From: a virus
Lineage: Duplodnaviria > Caudoviricetes
IMG/VR virus record: IMGVR_UViG_3300021603_000005
Span: 79,429-143,428 of that record
Direction: 5' to 3' (one strand)
DNA length: 64,000 nucleotides
Shown: piece after piece, positions 1 to 9,786 of the stretch
How the letters are laid out: each line of letters opens with the position of its first letter
Position numbering within the stretch: the first letter of the stretch is position 1
Made by a program: the position numbers and the translations under genes
Notes under the pieces: model-generated
Database searches by the model: none
The model's input: only the letters and a program-made list of their open reading frames with translations
What the model was told of the DNA's origin: nothing

Positions 1-14
1 TCGTAACACACAAC
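1..14 (+). mobile_element. C-terminal end of an intein (…VTHN|C) in a glycosyltransferase that begins upstream of the window
   Basis: Frame 3 reads GTA ACA CAC AAC TGT GAG GGT = V-T-H-N-C-E-G. This is the canonical His-Asn|Cys splice junction, in frame with the GT ORF at 39. Only 4 intein residues are visible. Confidence 0.55.
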
Positions 15-731
15 TGTGAGGGTTGACTAGGCTGGGGTATGCCGATCACCGAGGCTATGGCGACATCGTGTCCCGCAATGGTTGTAAATTATTCTGCTAT
101 GGAAGATCATGCAAAAATGCCGGGTGGTATTCCAATTAATGTTGAAAGGTTTTTCTACGAAGCAGTAATAGAAACAGAACAGCGCAGAGCGCTACCTAGC
201 AATAAACATTTTGGCGAACAATTAACCCGCATTATAAAGATGAGGCCAGAGCAAAGGACAGAACTGGCAAGACGAACACATGAGTATATGGTTGAACCAG
301 CGGACGTATTTGGTCAAACAGAAAAACTACCGCGATTTGGATACGATAGAACAGCGGCAATATGGATGAATGTTATTGATTCCATAGGGGTGTTAGATAG
401 GTCTAAGACATGGGATAGAAAGGAACCGAACTACCGGGTTCCAGACCTAAAAGCACCGAATAGGGTGATGAGCAATACCGAGTTTGTGAGGTGGGCTATA
501 ACTAGCATTATGCGTAGGCCGGATCTTGCCACATCGTTCATGGCAAATGAATGGATCAGGTGGTTGAATTGTGGATTTAAGATAGAGGGAAACCAAAGGG
601 TTCCGTGTGATCGAAATACCATAGCGAACATGGCTATACAGATTGTTAACGAATATAACGGTGCCGAAAAAATGAGGGCGGATAGCTTGGTTGCTCGAAA
701 CAATAGCGAAATTGGGTTCACGGTGTTGTAA
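15..731 (+). CDS. GT-B (GT4-like) glycosyltransferase, C-terminal part, interrupted by an in-frame TGA at 24-26
   Basis: CEG*LGWGMPITEAMATSCPAMVVNYSAMED matches the EG(F/W)GxPxxEAMA motif. The ORF track starts at ATG 39. Confidence 0.75.
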
Positions 732-1924
732 TGCGTGTACTGTATATATCTGTCTATAAGGATGGTACCGGTTATAGTCATGCTGCGATAGAAACTATCT
801 TGGCGTGCGAAAGGGCCGGAATCGATGTCGTATGCAGACCAATATCTATGTCCCCGATGAACGGTATTGATGATGCCAAACGAATTCAACACCTAGAATG
901 CAAACCGCTAAACAACGTTGATGTAGTCATACAGCATTCGCTTCCACACACATTCGAGTATAAGAGCGGCGTTAAAAACATAGGGGTATTTAGCTGGGAA
1001 ACAACGCATTTTAGAAATTCAACATGGGCAGAGCATTGCAATCTGATGGATGAGATATGGACATCATCTATTGTTGCAAAGCAGGCTATTATCAATAGCG
1101 GAGTAACAAAGCCTGTGCGAGTTATTCCTATCCCATGTAATGCGAACAAGTACAGTAGCACAACAAATCCAATAGCACTTCCTGGCAAATCGAACCAAAC
1201 CGTATTCTATACGATAGGCGAATATACCAGACGCAAAAATATCGTCGGAGTCATTCGATCATATTTTCATGCCTTTACGCCAGACGACAATGTGGTTCTG
1301 GTAATAAAAACATCCTTCCCTGGAATAAAGGATAACGCAGCACAACAACAGATCTCGCAAATAGTTGACGATATCAAAATGTCAACACATATCTATCAAA
1401 ACCCAAGGGATTATCCACCAATCATAGTTATTACGCGACGAATGTCTGATGAACACATAGGACAACTTCACAAATCCGGTACGTTTTTTGTGTCTCCGTC
1501 TCACGGAGAGGCGTGGTGTATTCCAGCCATGGATGCGCTTGGTTATGGCAATCCTGTTATAGCATCTAATTGGGGTAGTTTCCCAGAGTTGCTAATGGAT
1601 TTTGATAACGCCAAGAAATTCTTCGATCCGGACAGTATGTCATTTGAATATCCAGGAGATGTTCCTGGCGGCTACCTAATCAAAGGACAACTATCCCCAT
1701 GTTTTGCTCCGGACGGTGGATTTAACGACCTGTACACAGGCAAAGAAGAATGGTTCGAGCCAAATCTGTGCCACCTATCTAATATTCTCCGTCGTGCATA
1801 CGACATTCATCAATGCCAACCAGATGTATTTGCCCAAAAAAGAATCAGTGCATCTATGCGAGCAAGGGCATTTGATCATGCTAGTGTTGGCGATAGAATA
1901 AAGTTGGCACTGACACAGGAGTAG
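731..1924 (+). CDS. GT4-family glycosyltransferase
   Basis: N-terminal TGYSHAA, then WET, RRKN and SPSHGEAWCIPAMDALGYGNPVI motifs. Confidence 0.9.
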   Translation: MRVLYISVYKDGTGYSHAAIETILACERAGIDVVCRPISMSPMNGIDDAKRIQHLECKPLNNVDVVIQHSLPHTFEYKSGVKNIGVFSWETTHFRNSTWAEHCNLMDEIWTSSIVAKQAIINSGVTKPVRVIPIPCNANKYSSTTNPIALPGKSNQTVFYTIGEYTRRKNIVGVIRSYFHAFTPDDNVVLVIKTSFPGIKDNAAQQQISQIVDDIKMSTHIYQNPRDYPPIIVITRRMSDEHIGQLHKSGTFFVSPSHGEAWCIPAMDALGYGNPVIASNWGSFPELLMDFDNAKKFFDPDSMSFEYPGDVPGGYLIKGQLSPCFAPDGGFNDLYTGKEEWFEPNLCHLSNILRRAYDIHQCQPDVFAQKRISASMRARAFDHASVGDRIKLALTQE

Positions 1925-1926
1925 AA

Positions 1927-2898
1927 ATGCCCACACAGATATCTAGAATACTAAGGTGTGTTAATAGGGATCTTGATAGACCCCTAAACATCCTGTGTTC
2001 TCCAACTCACGAAGCATATGAAACAATGATATGTAAAACCGGCCATAGGTTCTATTCTTTACAACATCCGAATCTAAAACAATGGAACTGTAGGTCTAGG
2101 CCATATCCGGCCAACTATCAACCCATAAATCATAACGCCCTACCGCACGATGTTGTTTTTGATGTGGTGCTATCTCAAAGCAAGTGGGGGCAGTTTCAGA
2201 TTCTGGGGCAAATTGCTCAGGCACTGGGATGTCCATTGATTCAACTAGAGCATACCGTTCCCATACAGGGGGTAAACGAACAGCAGATTAAACAAATGAA
2301 GGGTATGAAGGGCACTGTAAATGTGTACATATGTAAATGGTCTGCTGATCAGTGGGGAGATAATGCGGGCGTTGCTATAGAACACGGAATTGACACAAAC
2401 GTATTTTGCGGATGGAACGGCGCTATAGGCGGCGTTTTATCAGTGGTCAATCAGTTTAGAGAACGAGATAGTTTATTGGGATTTTCTCTATGGAAACATG
2501 TGACGAACGGATTACAGACAAATCTTGTTGGCAATAATCCTGGTTTGTCTCAGGAAGCAACGAGCACAGACGATTTGGTAAATAGATACAGAACAGCGGG
2601 AGTGTTTTTGAATACGTCGTTGCAGTCAACATACCCGATGGCTATGATAGAGGCTATGGCCGTTGGGTGTCCCGTAGTATCAACACCGACATGCGCTATC
2701 CCAACTATTATCCAAGATGGCATTAACGGAATGCTTGGCTATACCCCGGAAGAATTGCGGTCCAAGCTTGAGTTGTTACTAAGAGATAAGGGGCTAGCTC
2801 GAACCATAGGAGAGGCTGGACGACAAACTGTACTGCAACGTTTCGGTGAATCAAGATTTATCGAAGACTGGAACAATCTGTTTCGAGCATTATCATGA
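1927..2898 (+). CDS. GT4-family glycosyltransferase
   Basis: FLNTSLQSTYPMAMIEAMAVGCPVVST…IIQDGING; C-terminal IGEAGRQTV. Confidence 0.9.
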   Translation: MPTQISRILRCVNRDLDRPLNILCSPTHEAYETMICKTGHRFYSLQHPNLKQWNCRSRPYPANYQPINHNALPHDVVFDVVLSQSKWGQFQILGQIAQALGCPLIQLEHTVPIQGVNEQQIKQMKGMKGTVNVYICKWSADQWGDNAGVAIEHGIDTNVFCGWNGAIGGVLSVVNQFRERDSLLGFSLWKHVTNGLQTNLVGNNPGLSQEATSTDDLVNRYRTAGVFLNTSLQSTYPMAMIEAMAVGCPVVSTPTCAIPTIIQDGINGMLGYTPEELRSKLELLLRDKGLARTIGEAGRQTVLQRFGESRFIEDWNNLFRALS

Positions 2899-3740
2899 AA
2901 TTCAGTATAGTAATGTCGTATTTTCGGCGACCCCAATTGCTTTGTAGAACACTGGAGTCTATTCATAGACAAACCAATAAGCCATGTTACGAAATTATCG
3001 TCATTAACGATGATGTCAGCGATACTACAAGAGATGCAGAACTAACGGAAATATGTCGTCTTTACAAAGAAAGAATGCGATGCGATATAAGGCTGTTTAT
3101 CACCGGGCGCACAACCCCGTGTCGTGGACCTGCATTACCATGGAATATTGGGGCTAAATTTGCAAGTGGCGATATTCTAGTAATTCAGAATCCAGAATGT
3201 ATGCACGTAGGGTGCGTATTAGATAATCTTAGAGCGATATTCGAATCACGCGCAAACCAGTATGTGTCTGTCAGGTGCGTATCGCTTAAACCGAATGATG
3301 ATGTGGTGATAGATGCGTGTAACGCCGGATTGTTAGACTACAACAAAATACGTGAATTAGATCATCCGGCAAGACAGGAATATATTGGGCCTACAAATCC
3401 CCGATTGCTATATTTCTGTGGAGCGTTGCCGCGACAATTGTTCTATGATATAGGCGGGATAGAGGAATCGTTCGTCAGGCTGGCATACGAAGACGACTTC
3501 TTTATTTACACAGTACAGAAGAATAATATACCAGCGAATATCGTGGGTAATAAAGAGTGGTATGTTATGCACCAATGGCATCCGACCTATTTGACTAACG
3601 AGTACTGGTCGGCATTACGTGAAAGCCAGGGGCATTACAATTTGTTGTTACGACAGATAAACCAAAACCAAAGATCTCCAATTGCAAATCTAGGAAGGCA
3701 ATGGGGTGAGTTGGGTTCTGGACACGAGGTCATACTGTGA
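2895..3740 (+). CDS. GT2-family glycosyltransferase
   Basis: FSIVMSYFRR, EIIVINDD, WNIGAKFASGDIL, IGGIEE…YEDD and HQWH. Confidence 0.9.
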   Translation: MKFSIVMSYFRRPQLLCRTLESIHRQTNKPCYEIIVINDDVSDTTRDAELTEICRLYKERMRCDIRLFITGRTTPCRGPALPWNIGAKFASGDILVIQNPECMHVGCVLDNLRAIFESRANQYVSVRCVSLKPNDDVVIDACNAGLLDYNKIRELDHPARQEYIGPTNPRLLYFCGALPRQLFYDIGGIEESFVRLAYEDDFFIYTVQKNNIPANIVGNKEWYVMHQWHPTYLTNEYWSALRESQGHYNLLLRQINQNQRSPIANLGRQWGELGSGHEVIL

Positions 3741-4558
3741 TAACAGAAAACGACTTTGACTGGTCTGTTACAGAAAGAGATATCGTTATCGTACTGCCTA
3801 GTGTTGGCAGAAAAATCCAGCTTATTCCTGGATTAAAGAGGCTGATTACGACAACGGCGTTGCCAAAAGAAAACTGGCGTGTCGTTGTTATGAACAATTG
3901 TTGCCACGAGGATTTATCAGACCTACAACATCTTAACTGCTCGTATTTCACACTGTCAAAATCATTGCAAACTAATTATCTGAACGGAGGATACGCGCGA
4001 AATTATGTCCTCAAAAGACTTAGATCAAAGCGCGTAATATTCCGTGACGCTGAAATTTTTCACGACGGGGATTATCTATCGTATGCCAATCAATTACCAA
4101 TAGGTACTGTTGGCGAATTATTTGCAGCTAATCAGGTATACTATAATGGCATAGTTGGTGGCGTATCAGTAACCGCTAGTCCAGAGGCCACTAGGGCTAT
4201 CATAGATAACCCAATGGTCGATTTGCCAACGATAGCTAGAATATTCCGAATGAGATCGTATGAGGGAATGAATGGCTATGGTTGGATTGCCCCAACTAAA
4301 CTACTACAAGAAATGCGAGGTTTCGACGAAGACTTTGACGAATGGGGCATGGAGGATTCTGACATATTTGACAGAATCAAAGCGAGTGGCAGACCAATTA
4401 TACATATGCCCCAGGGGTATCCTGTATACGCTACCCATTTGTTTCATCCACCGGCACCTTTCCCGTCTGGCAAGGCGTGTAGGATATATAAAGAGAAAGA
4501 CCCTGATCAGTTGATTAGAAACCCCAATGGCTGGGGGGAGTGGAAAACATGCGATTGA
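3737..4558 (+). CDS. GT2/GT7-like glycosyltransferase (galactosyltransferase C-terminal motif)
   Basis: ARN…IFRDAE, GFDEDFDEWGMEDSD and HLFH. Confidence 0.85.
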   Translation: MITENDFDWSVTERDIVIVLPSVGRKIQLIPGLKRLITTTALPKENWRVVVMNNCCHEDLSDLQHLNCSYFTLSKSLQTNYLNGGYARNYVLKRLRSKRVIFRDAEIFHDGDYLSYANQLPIGTVGELFAANQVYYNGIVGGVSVTASPEATRAIIDNPMVDLPTIARIFRMRSYEGMNGYGWIAPTKLLQEMRGFDEDFDEWGMEDSDIFDRIKASGRPIIHMPQGYPVYATHLFHPPAPFPSGKACRIYKEKDPDQLIRNPNGWGEWKTCD

Positions 4559-5022
4559 ATCTTGGATGTGGGAGCGATATTCGTACCGGTTTCACCAACA
4601 TAGATGTGGCACAACAACAACTACCGCTAGGTCTATATCGACAGGGAGACGTTTCGAACCTTGATTGGCTATGTACCAATAGTTCTGTTGAGGAAATGCT
4701 GGTTCTAAATGTGCTACAATATATTCCATACAAGGTTATGGATCAAGTACTATCAAACTGGGCCAATAAGCTTTGCAATAATGGATGTATAAAGATCCTG
4801 TCGCCAGACATAAACATACTATGCAAGTTATTCAGTAGTCGCAACATGGATCTGACAACGTTTTCGGCTAATGTATTTGGTTCGCAAGATCAAATTGTTA
4901 ACTTTGGAAAATCAGCAACCGACATGAAAGACATATGTCGACAACTAGAATCACTAGGACTAAAGGTAGTGATTGCCAGATATGAAAACACAATGTTTTA
5001 TGTAGAGGCTATTAAACCATGA
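4549..5022 (+). CDS. Class I SAM-dependent methyltransferase, glycan-cluster associated
   Basis: MRLNLGCG…GFTNID motif I. ATG 4549 is preferred over GTG 4540. Confidence 0.8.
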   Translation: MRLNLGCGSDIRTGFTNIDVAQQQLPLGLYRQGDVSNLDWLCTNSSVEEMLVLNVLQYIPYKVMDQVLSNWANKLCNNGCIKILSPDINILCKLFSSRNMDLTTFSANVFGSQDQIVNFGKSATDMKDICRQLESLGLKVVIARYENTMFYVEAIKP

Positions 5023-5762
5023 AGCTTTGTACGCCATGTCAGTCGTGTAGCTTTTTATCAAAAGAGGGTGGCGGGTGCCTGCTGAATCTATATTGCTGTA
5101 CATCAGATGATAATGTAACATACGCCCCAGGTTGCTGTAGGTTCTTTACAAGAACCAAGTTTCCAGATATAACAACCGCAGTTCGCCACATGAAACAGGC
5201 AATGAGTTTTGACTACTCATTGGTTGTATGTTTCGATAACAAGGTACATAGCCTGGACGATCTGCGCAGAGTATTTCGCAAGAGCGTTAAATATACCAAT
5301 ATCGTGGTCGTTGATATGTCTGCGACATCCGATCCCAAAGAGTTGGTAGAATTGTCACGACATTGCGTAGCCAACTCTTGTAAGTATAATGTCGTTATTC
5401 CCACAGAACCAATAGTTGCTAACGATCAGTTGGTTAGACTGGCAATGCCCAGCATAACACAGAACTACTTTGTGGTGATAGACGCCAACGAGTATATCGA
5501 CATTGAAACACACAAGAGCGTTGTCGCAGAAACTAATCAGAACTCAAGATTCGTTCGCTGGGACTTTGGAAAAATACAGGGCAATACCCTGATCTTTTCA
5601 CAGGCATCGATACGTGGCGTATACATAACATCGTTTTATAGAGAGATGATGTGCGGAGAGGAAAGATCTTTTAATTCTGTTGTCCGTGAACTTGAATCAG
5701 ATAGTGGCATCGGCTTTATCAGACAATTGATCGGCCCGATTAACACGGTAGATAGGACGTAA
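5019..5762 (+). CDS. Hypothetical protein: Cys-rich N-terminus plus degenerate GT-A-like domain
   Basis: CxxCxxC…C…CC N-terminus; IVVVD and YFVVIDANE (DxD-like). ATGA overlap with the upstream gene. Confidence 0.5.
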   Translation: MKLCTPCQSCSFLSKEGGGCLLNLYCCTSDDNVTYAPGCCRFFTRTKFPDITTAVRHMKQAMSFDYSLVVCFDNKVHSLDDLRRVFRKSVKYTNIVVVDMSATSDPKELVELSRHCVANSCKYNVVIPTEPIVANDQLVRLAMPSITQNYFVVIDANEYIDIETHKSVVAETNQNSRFVRWDFGKIQGNTLIFSQASIRGVYITSFYREMMCGEERSFNSVVRELESDSGIGFIRQLIGPINTVDRT

Positions 5763-5763
5763 T

Positions 5764-6468
5764 ATGTCTAAGGTCGGGGCTGTAATCGCAATCACAAAAC
5801 ATAGTCGTCTATTGCTAGACGGAATAATGTCTATCGCGAAACAGGTCGACAAATTGGTCGTATTATACAGCGGCGATAATGATAGTGGCTGGAATCAAAT
5901 AGTGAACATGGTACTGAATAAGCCCAGGTTCGTCGGGGCAATAGTATCCGGAACCATATGTGATAAACCGTGTGTTTGTGTCAAAAGGGATTCAGCTAAT
6001 AGGTCGTCACTATTCAATGGCGGGCTTCAGCTATTCGGAGAGGACTACGACTATATCGTAATCGCGAATGGTGGTGTTGTATTCAGGAGCGACAAGGTAT
6101 CCCTATCTATAGAAGTTCTGAATAAACATGAAATGGCCAGTTGCGTTGTATCTGATTTCTCAGTATTATACGACAACGATATGTCCATTAGACATTATGA
6201 TGATCCATTTAATATACTCATGATGAAGGATGGGGTTTATCCAAACATCAACTGCGTTATTAGACGACAATGCATTGTGCCGTTTAATGAAGAGCTTAGT
6301 ATTCACGACGACTACGAATGGATGAGTAGGGTCGGCATAAAAGGGCTTATTTACCATATCCCAGAACCACTACACACAATAGTAGCCACGGAAAAAATAG
6401 TAGACCAAGCTACGATTGACAAGATAAAAAATGTCATTGTCTCGAAGTACGGACTTTCGAATGGGTAA
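5764..6468 (+). CDS. Degenerate GT2-like protein
   Basis: FNGGL…YDYIVI, FNEELSIHDDYEW and YHIPEPL resemble GT2. The DxD motif is missing. Confidence 0.6.
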   Translation: MSKVGAVIAITKHSRLLLDGIMSIAKQVDKLVVLYSGDNDSGWNQIVNMVLNKPRFVGAIVSGTICDKPCVCVKRDSANRSSLFNGGLQLFGEDYDYIVIANGGVVFRSDKVSLSIEVLNKHEMASCVVSDFSVLYDNDMSIRHYDDPFNILMMKDGVYPNINCVIRRQCIVPFNEELSIHDDYEWMSRVGIKGLIYHIPEPLHTIVATEKIVDQATIDKIKNVIVSKYGLSNG

Positions 6469-7015
6469 GAAAAAAAAACATAGGTCAAGTGCAAAAAAGG
6501 AATTGCAAAAGACAATGCTCGAACGATTCGCCATAAGCAATGACGATCCGCTAGTATCCATTGGTATTATCACCGATCACCTATCCATTTCACAAAACAC
6601 TATCCCAATGATTACGAGCATCAACAAGGTATGCCAAGAATCTTTTGGGGTAGATATCTCATTGTTCGTCATGCATTGGTATCGACCATTTGTTACTCCG
6701 TTATGTCCAGTATTTGATGTTCGCAAATTAATCGGCTGGGACAATCCATTAATCACGACCAGCACACAATCTACGCTTGAGGCACTTAACACAAAATCGA
6801 ACAGAATAGTGCATTATGTTTGGAGACCAGATTTTGTTAACACTGAGCGGCCAATTAGACAAGCATTCATAGATCCAAGAGTAATCGTTGTTACTAGGCA
6901 TGCAGATTATTCCGCCTTGATTAATGCTGAATTTGGAACTAGCATCAGTTGTGCATCTATACCAGATTTTGATGCGACTAAATTGATCAGACTCGCATTA
7001 ACGGGAGATATGTAG
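6461..7015 (+). CDS. Hypothetical protein, possible GT-B N-domain-like
   Basis: Overlaps the upstream stop; IGII, LITTS and IVHYVW strands; cluster context. Confidence 0.5.
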   Translation: MGKKKKHRSSAKKELQKTMLERFAISNDDPLVSIGIITDHLSISQNTIPMITSINKVCQESFGVDISLFVMHWYRPFVTPLCPVFDVRKLIGWDNPLITTSTQSTLEALNTKSNRIVHYVWRPDFVNTERPIRQAFIDPRVIVVTRHADYSALINAEFGTSISCASIPDFDATKLIRLALTGDM

Positions 7016-7016
7016 A

Positions 7017-7481
7017 ATGGTATTTGTTAAGGCTCGCACACATCCATTGGTGGAACACTCATGGCTATTACTAATAGACGAGTCGTCTATTCAATATGCT
7101 AGAGAGAAAATTGATTCTGTTAACAGGGCTAAATGCGAATCGTTATATCGTCATGGTAACAATTTTTTGATTATAGAAAAGCGCCTGCAAGCAGTAGCTA
7201 TTCTATCATCCAGTATCGAATCGAGGATAGGTTGGTTCATGAATTTTTTTGGTGGAATGTGTCCAAGGGTTTACGACGAGTTGTGTCGAATAGAAGCCGA
7301 CGATTTTCCACCGCAATTTAACTCATCAGACATAAAGGTTATGAAATTCAACGGCGGAAAACACTGGTATGCCATATATCCGAATGGAGAGCATTTGTCA
7401 CATAATGGTATATTTAAATGGTCAACACCAGAATTAGCAAGATCGGCAATAAGAAAGGTTTTGGGAGAACAAAATGGGTAA
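7017..7481 (+). CDS. Hypothetical protein
   Basis: 154-aa ORF, tightly packed in the operon. Confidence 0.6.
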   Translation: MVFVKARTHPLVEHSWLLLIDESSIQYAREKIDSVNRAKCESLYRHGNNFLIIEKRLQAVAILSSSIESRIGWFMNFFGGMCPRVYDELCRIEADDFPPQFNSSDIKVMKFNGGKHWYAIYPNGEHLSHNGIFKWSTPELARSAIRKVLGEQNG

Positions 7482-8304
7482 ATATATTTCTCAGATGACA
7501 GCACAAGAATTGCGAGAAGAATTATCGAAACACGGATTATCGCAAGATGATTTGCGCGGAATACGAAAACCAGATCTAAAATTGATGTTGAAGTCTAGTC
7601 GCGGGGAAGAACCGGTTGTTAAGAGTGAAACTGTATCACCAAGCGAAGATGCTGTTGTTGTAGAAAAGGATGTTCAAAATAGTCCTCCGGACCAAAACTC
7701 TATTGAGTGGACACAGTATGTCTTGGGACTATTTAGTAACGACGAACTAGAAAATCAGAACCCAAAGGTTGATGGACTAAGGCGAGTTGCATCTACGTTA
7801 ATTGGCCCGATTGTTGAGGAAGGTAGCGAATTGGTTTCTCCACCATCGTTAGACAATGGCCAAAGGGCATGTGTAAAAGCGTGGGTAATATTTTATCATA
7901 ATGGGTTGCGTCGTAATGTGCGGTTCGAGGGGCTGGCGGATGTATGTAGTGACAACTGCGACGAAACGTTTGCTAGATTTCCAACAAGCACGGCAGAAAC
8001 GCGCGCTAGGGGGAGATGTTTTAGGATGGCCTTGCAGTTAAGGAAGGTGATAGCCGCCGAAGAAGCTAACTTTGAGTTACCAGAAAATAGTAATGATAAG
8101 GATGTAGTGATTCAGGTGGGTCAAATATCTGTTATTCAACTGATGGCAGATAGGCTCAATGTGAGTATCCCAAAGCTATTAGGCCATCTAGATCTAAATA
8201 AGTCCGACCTACAATCTTTGACAAAGGTTGAGGGATTGATAGTTGTTAAGCATCTTAATTCGCTACAGCAAACAGGGCATATCCCAGAGTCAATTGTAAG
8301 ATAG
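7474..8304 (+). CDS. Rad52/Sak-like single-strand annealing protein (putative)
   Basis: KVDGLRRVA…FEGLAD…TAETRARGRCFRMAL resembles the AETRAxxRA(L)R signature of phage/archaeal Rad52-like proteins. Confidence 0.55.
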   Translation: MGKYISQMTAQELREELSKHGLSQDDLRGIRKPDLKLMLKSSRGEEPVVKSETVSPSEDAVVVEKDVQNSPPDQNSIEWTQYVLGLFSNDELENQNPKVDGLRRVASTLIGPIVEEGSELVSPPSLDNGQRACVKAWVIFYHNGLRRNVRFEGLADVCSDNCDETFARFPTSTAETRARGRCFRMALQLRKVIAAEEANFELPENSNDKDVVIQVGQISVIQLMADRLNVSIPKLLGHLDLNKSDLQSLTKVEGLIVVKHLNSLQQTGHIPESIVR

Positions 8305-8318
8305 GAGTATGAGCATAT

Positions 8319-8822
8319 ATGGCATTCTTAAAAGTAACACATCAATTTAAGTTGTATAAGCCACGTAACGGCGGTGGTGGTTGTGCATCATCATGGGATT
8401 TTAGCACCAAACATCAATGCGTGTTTGTTGAAATGGCTAAACAGAATACGACCAACGACGACAACGGAAACGCTACATTTGACTGGAAGTCTCCAATACG
8501 TGTTAAGCTTGGAGTATCAGACATAGGCGAGATTATGAGCGTTTTGGAAAAACGACAGAATGGGGTTGGTGTATTGTCAAATACACACAGCAAACACAAG
8601 GGGCTATTTCATCGTAACGACAAAGGAAACGCAGTATTGTCATTTGAAACTGGACAGACCACTGGATATAATCTAAGAATAAGCTCTAAGAAAAATGACG
8701 ACAAAGATCCTGTTGTGTTTTCGCATAGTATTACAAATGGAGAGGCTTGTGTGTTATTGTCGCTTTTAAGGGCGGCGGTTGTCAGTATCTATAAGTGGAA
8801 TATCACTACCCAGGAACACTAA
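8319..8822 (+). CDS. Whirly-like ssDNA-binding protein (putative)
   Basis: VFVEMA…FDWKSPIRVKLGVSDIGEI…LFH…ITNGEACVLLSLL parallels plant Whirly (YDW…FSLSxxE.G…FHD…VTxAEF). GGAG RBS upstream. Confidence 0.6.
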   Translation: MAFLKVTHQFKLYKPRNGGGGCASSWDFSTKHQCVFVEMAKQNTTNDDNGNATFDWKSPIRVKLGVSDIGEIMSVLEKRQNGVGVLSNTHSKHKGLFHRNDKGNAVLSFETGQTTGYNLRISSKKNDDKDPVVFSHSITNGEACVLLSLLRAAVVSIYKWNITTQEH

Positions 8823-9069
8823 TTTTATCTAGCGTCTTTTCTATGCGAACGAGTATTGCCTTAATGACGGCTATATCCTGAGAAACTGCATTCCATTGAT
8901 TGGTCATAGAATTTAGTTGTTCGTTATGGGTTGAGATGGTTTTTTCAACACAATCTATTCTGTCTTTGACCTGTTGGTAATTGCCAGCAACGCCGTTTAT
9001 AATACACAACAGGGATGTAATAGCCAACGCTATCGCGATTATTGATCCAATCCTTTTGATCCTCGGCAT
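8806..9069 (-). CDS. Small membrane/coiled-coil protein, holin- or XhlA-like candidate
   Basis: One N-terminal hydrophobic helix plus heptad C-terminus; last gene of the late block; GGAG RBS. Confidence 0.45.
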   Translation of the reverse strand: MPRIKRIGSIIAIALAITSLLCIINGVAGNYQQVKDRIDCVEKTISTHNEQLNSMTNQWNAVSQDIAVIKAILVRIEKTLDKISVPG

Positions 9070-9081
9070 TGTTTAACTCCC

Positions 9082-9125
9082 AAAAAAAGATGGGGCTATG
9101 GTGGTCGGTGGCACCAACACCCCAT
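9082..9125 (-). terminator. Intrinsic terminator
   Basis: ATGGGG(9090-95)…CCCCAT(9120-25) stem with an inner GGTG/CACC pair, followed by T7 on the minus strand. Confidence 0.65.
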
Positions 9126-9134
9126 TTGTTTCTA

Positions 9135-9749
9135 TTACAGATACTCTAGTTCAACGTACAGACCGAATTGGGTCTTTGAACCAATTGAGTTCGGGCTTGC
9201 TGATATCGCAACGTACCAGTCGTGTTGCGTGGCCTGAGTATCAGCGCCGGATGGTCGATTGCCGTCAACGCCTGGGCTACTTACTAGATCGAGGTACGAA
9301 CCCGACCCATAAGCATTAACCCATGTTGCGTCTCCGGAGCCAGCACAATCCCAGCCTTCCCATGGGTGAATGAGTTCGCCAACATAACACGTTACGCCAG
9401 ATGGGTTGTTGTTTTTGCTGACGCGATCAAATACACGCAATTGTGCGTTTTGTGTTTTGACCGGGGTGTCGAATGTAAATCGTACATTCAAGGCACCGGA
9501 TGCATTCTGTATACTAGTGAGTTCTGTGTCAAAGGTGTCGTTCCACCTTACGCCCGAAGTCGTTGCCAACTTCTTAGTGTTGTTCGCTACTGGACCCTGG
9601 ACGGAACCATCTGAGCTAGTAATGTACGTTGAATCTTGATACTGTCCGACCTGTACCGACGTACCAAAACTAGCACCATAAAATCCCAATCCAGACCCGG
9701 CTAGCGATACCGCAGTTTTACCTGCAAAGAAATTAATCGCTGCTGCCAT
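9135..9749 (-). CDS. Putative virion structural protein, paralog of 9787..10428
   Basis: Beta-rich; shares GSGLGFYG, LNVRF, VKTQNA and HDWYVAIS with its neighbour. Own promoter motif and GGAGG RBS. Confidence 0.7.
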   Translation of the reverse strand: MAAAINFFAGKTAVSLAGSGLGFYGASFGTSVQVGQYQDSTYITSSDGSVQGPVANNTKKLATTSGVRWNDTFDTELTSIQNASGALNVRFTFDTPVKTQNAQLRVFDRVSKNNNPSGVTCYVGELIHPWEGWDCAGSGDATWVNAYGSGSYLDLVSSPGVDGNRPSGADTQATQHDWYVAISASPNSIGSKTQFGLYVELEYL

Positions 9750-9772
9750 ATATAGTTACCTCCTTTGTCTTT

Positions 9773-9780
9773 TTATACAC
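9773..9780 (-). promoter_or_regulatory. GTGTATAA late promoter motif
   Basis: Intergenic copy 23 nt upstream of ATG 9749. Confidence 0.7.
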
Positions 9781-9786
9781 TTAATA

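Noticed and set aside
21-33. GGTTGACTAGGCT resembles a segment of IS200/IS605 (IscB-type) element ends
   Set aside because: The match is very short, with no accompanying hairpins or transposon gene in view.
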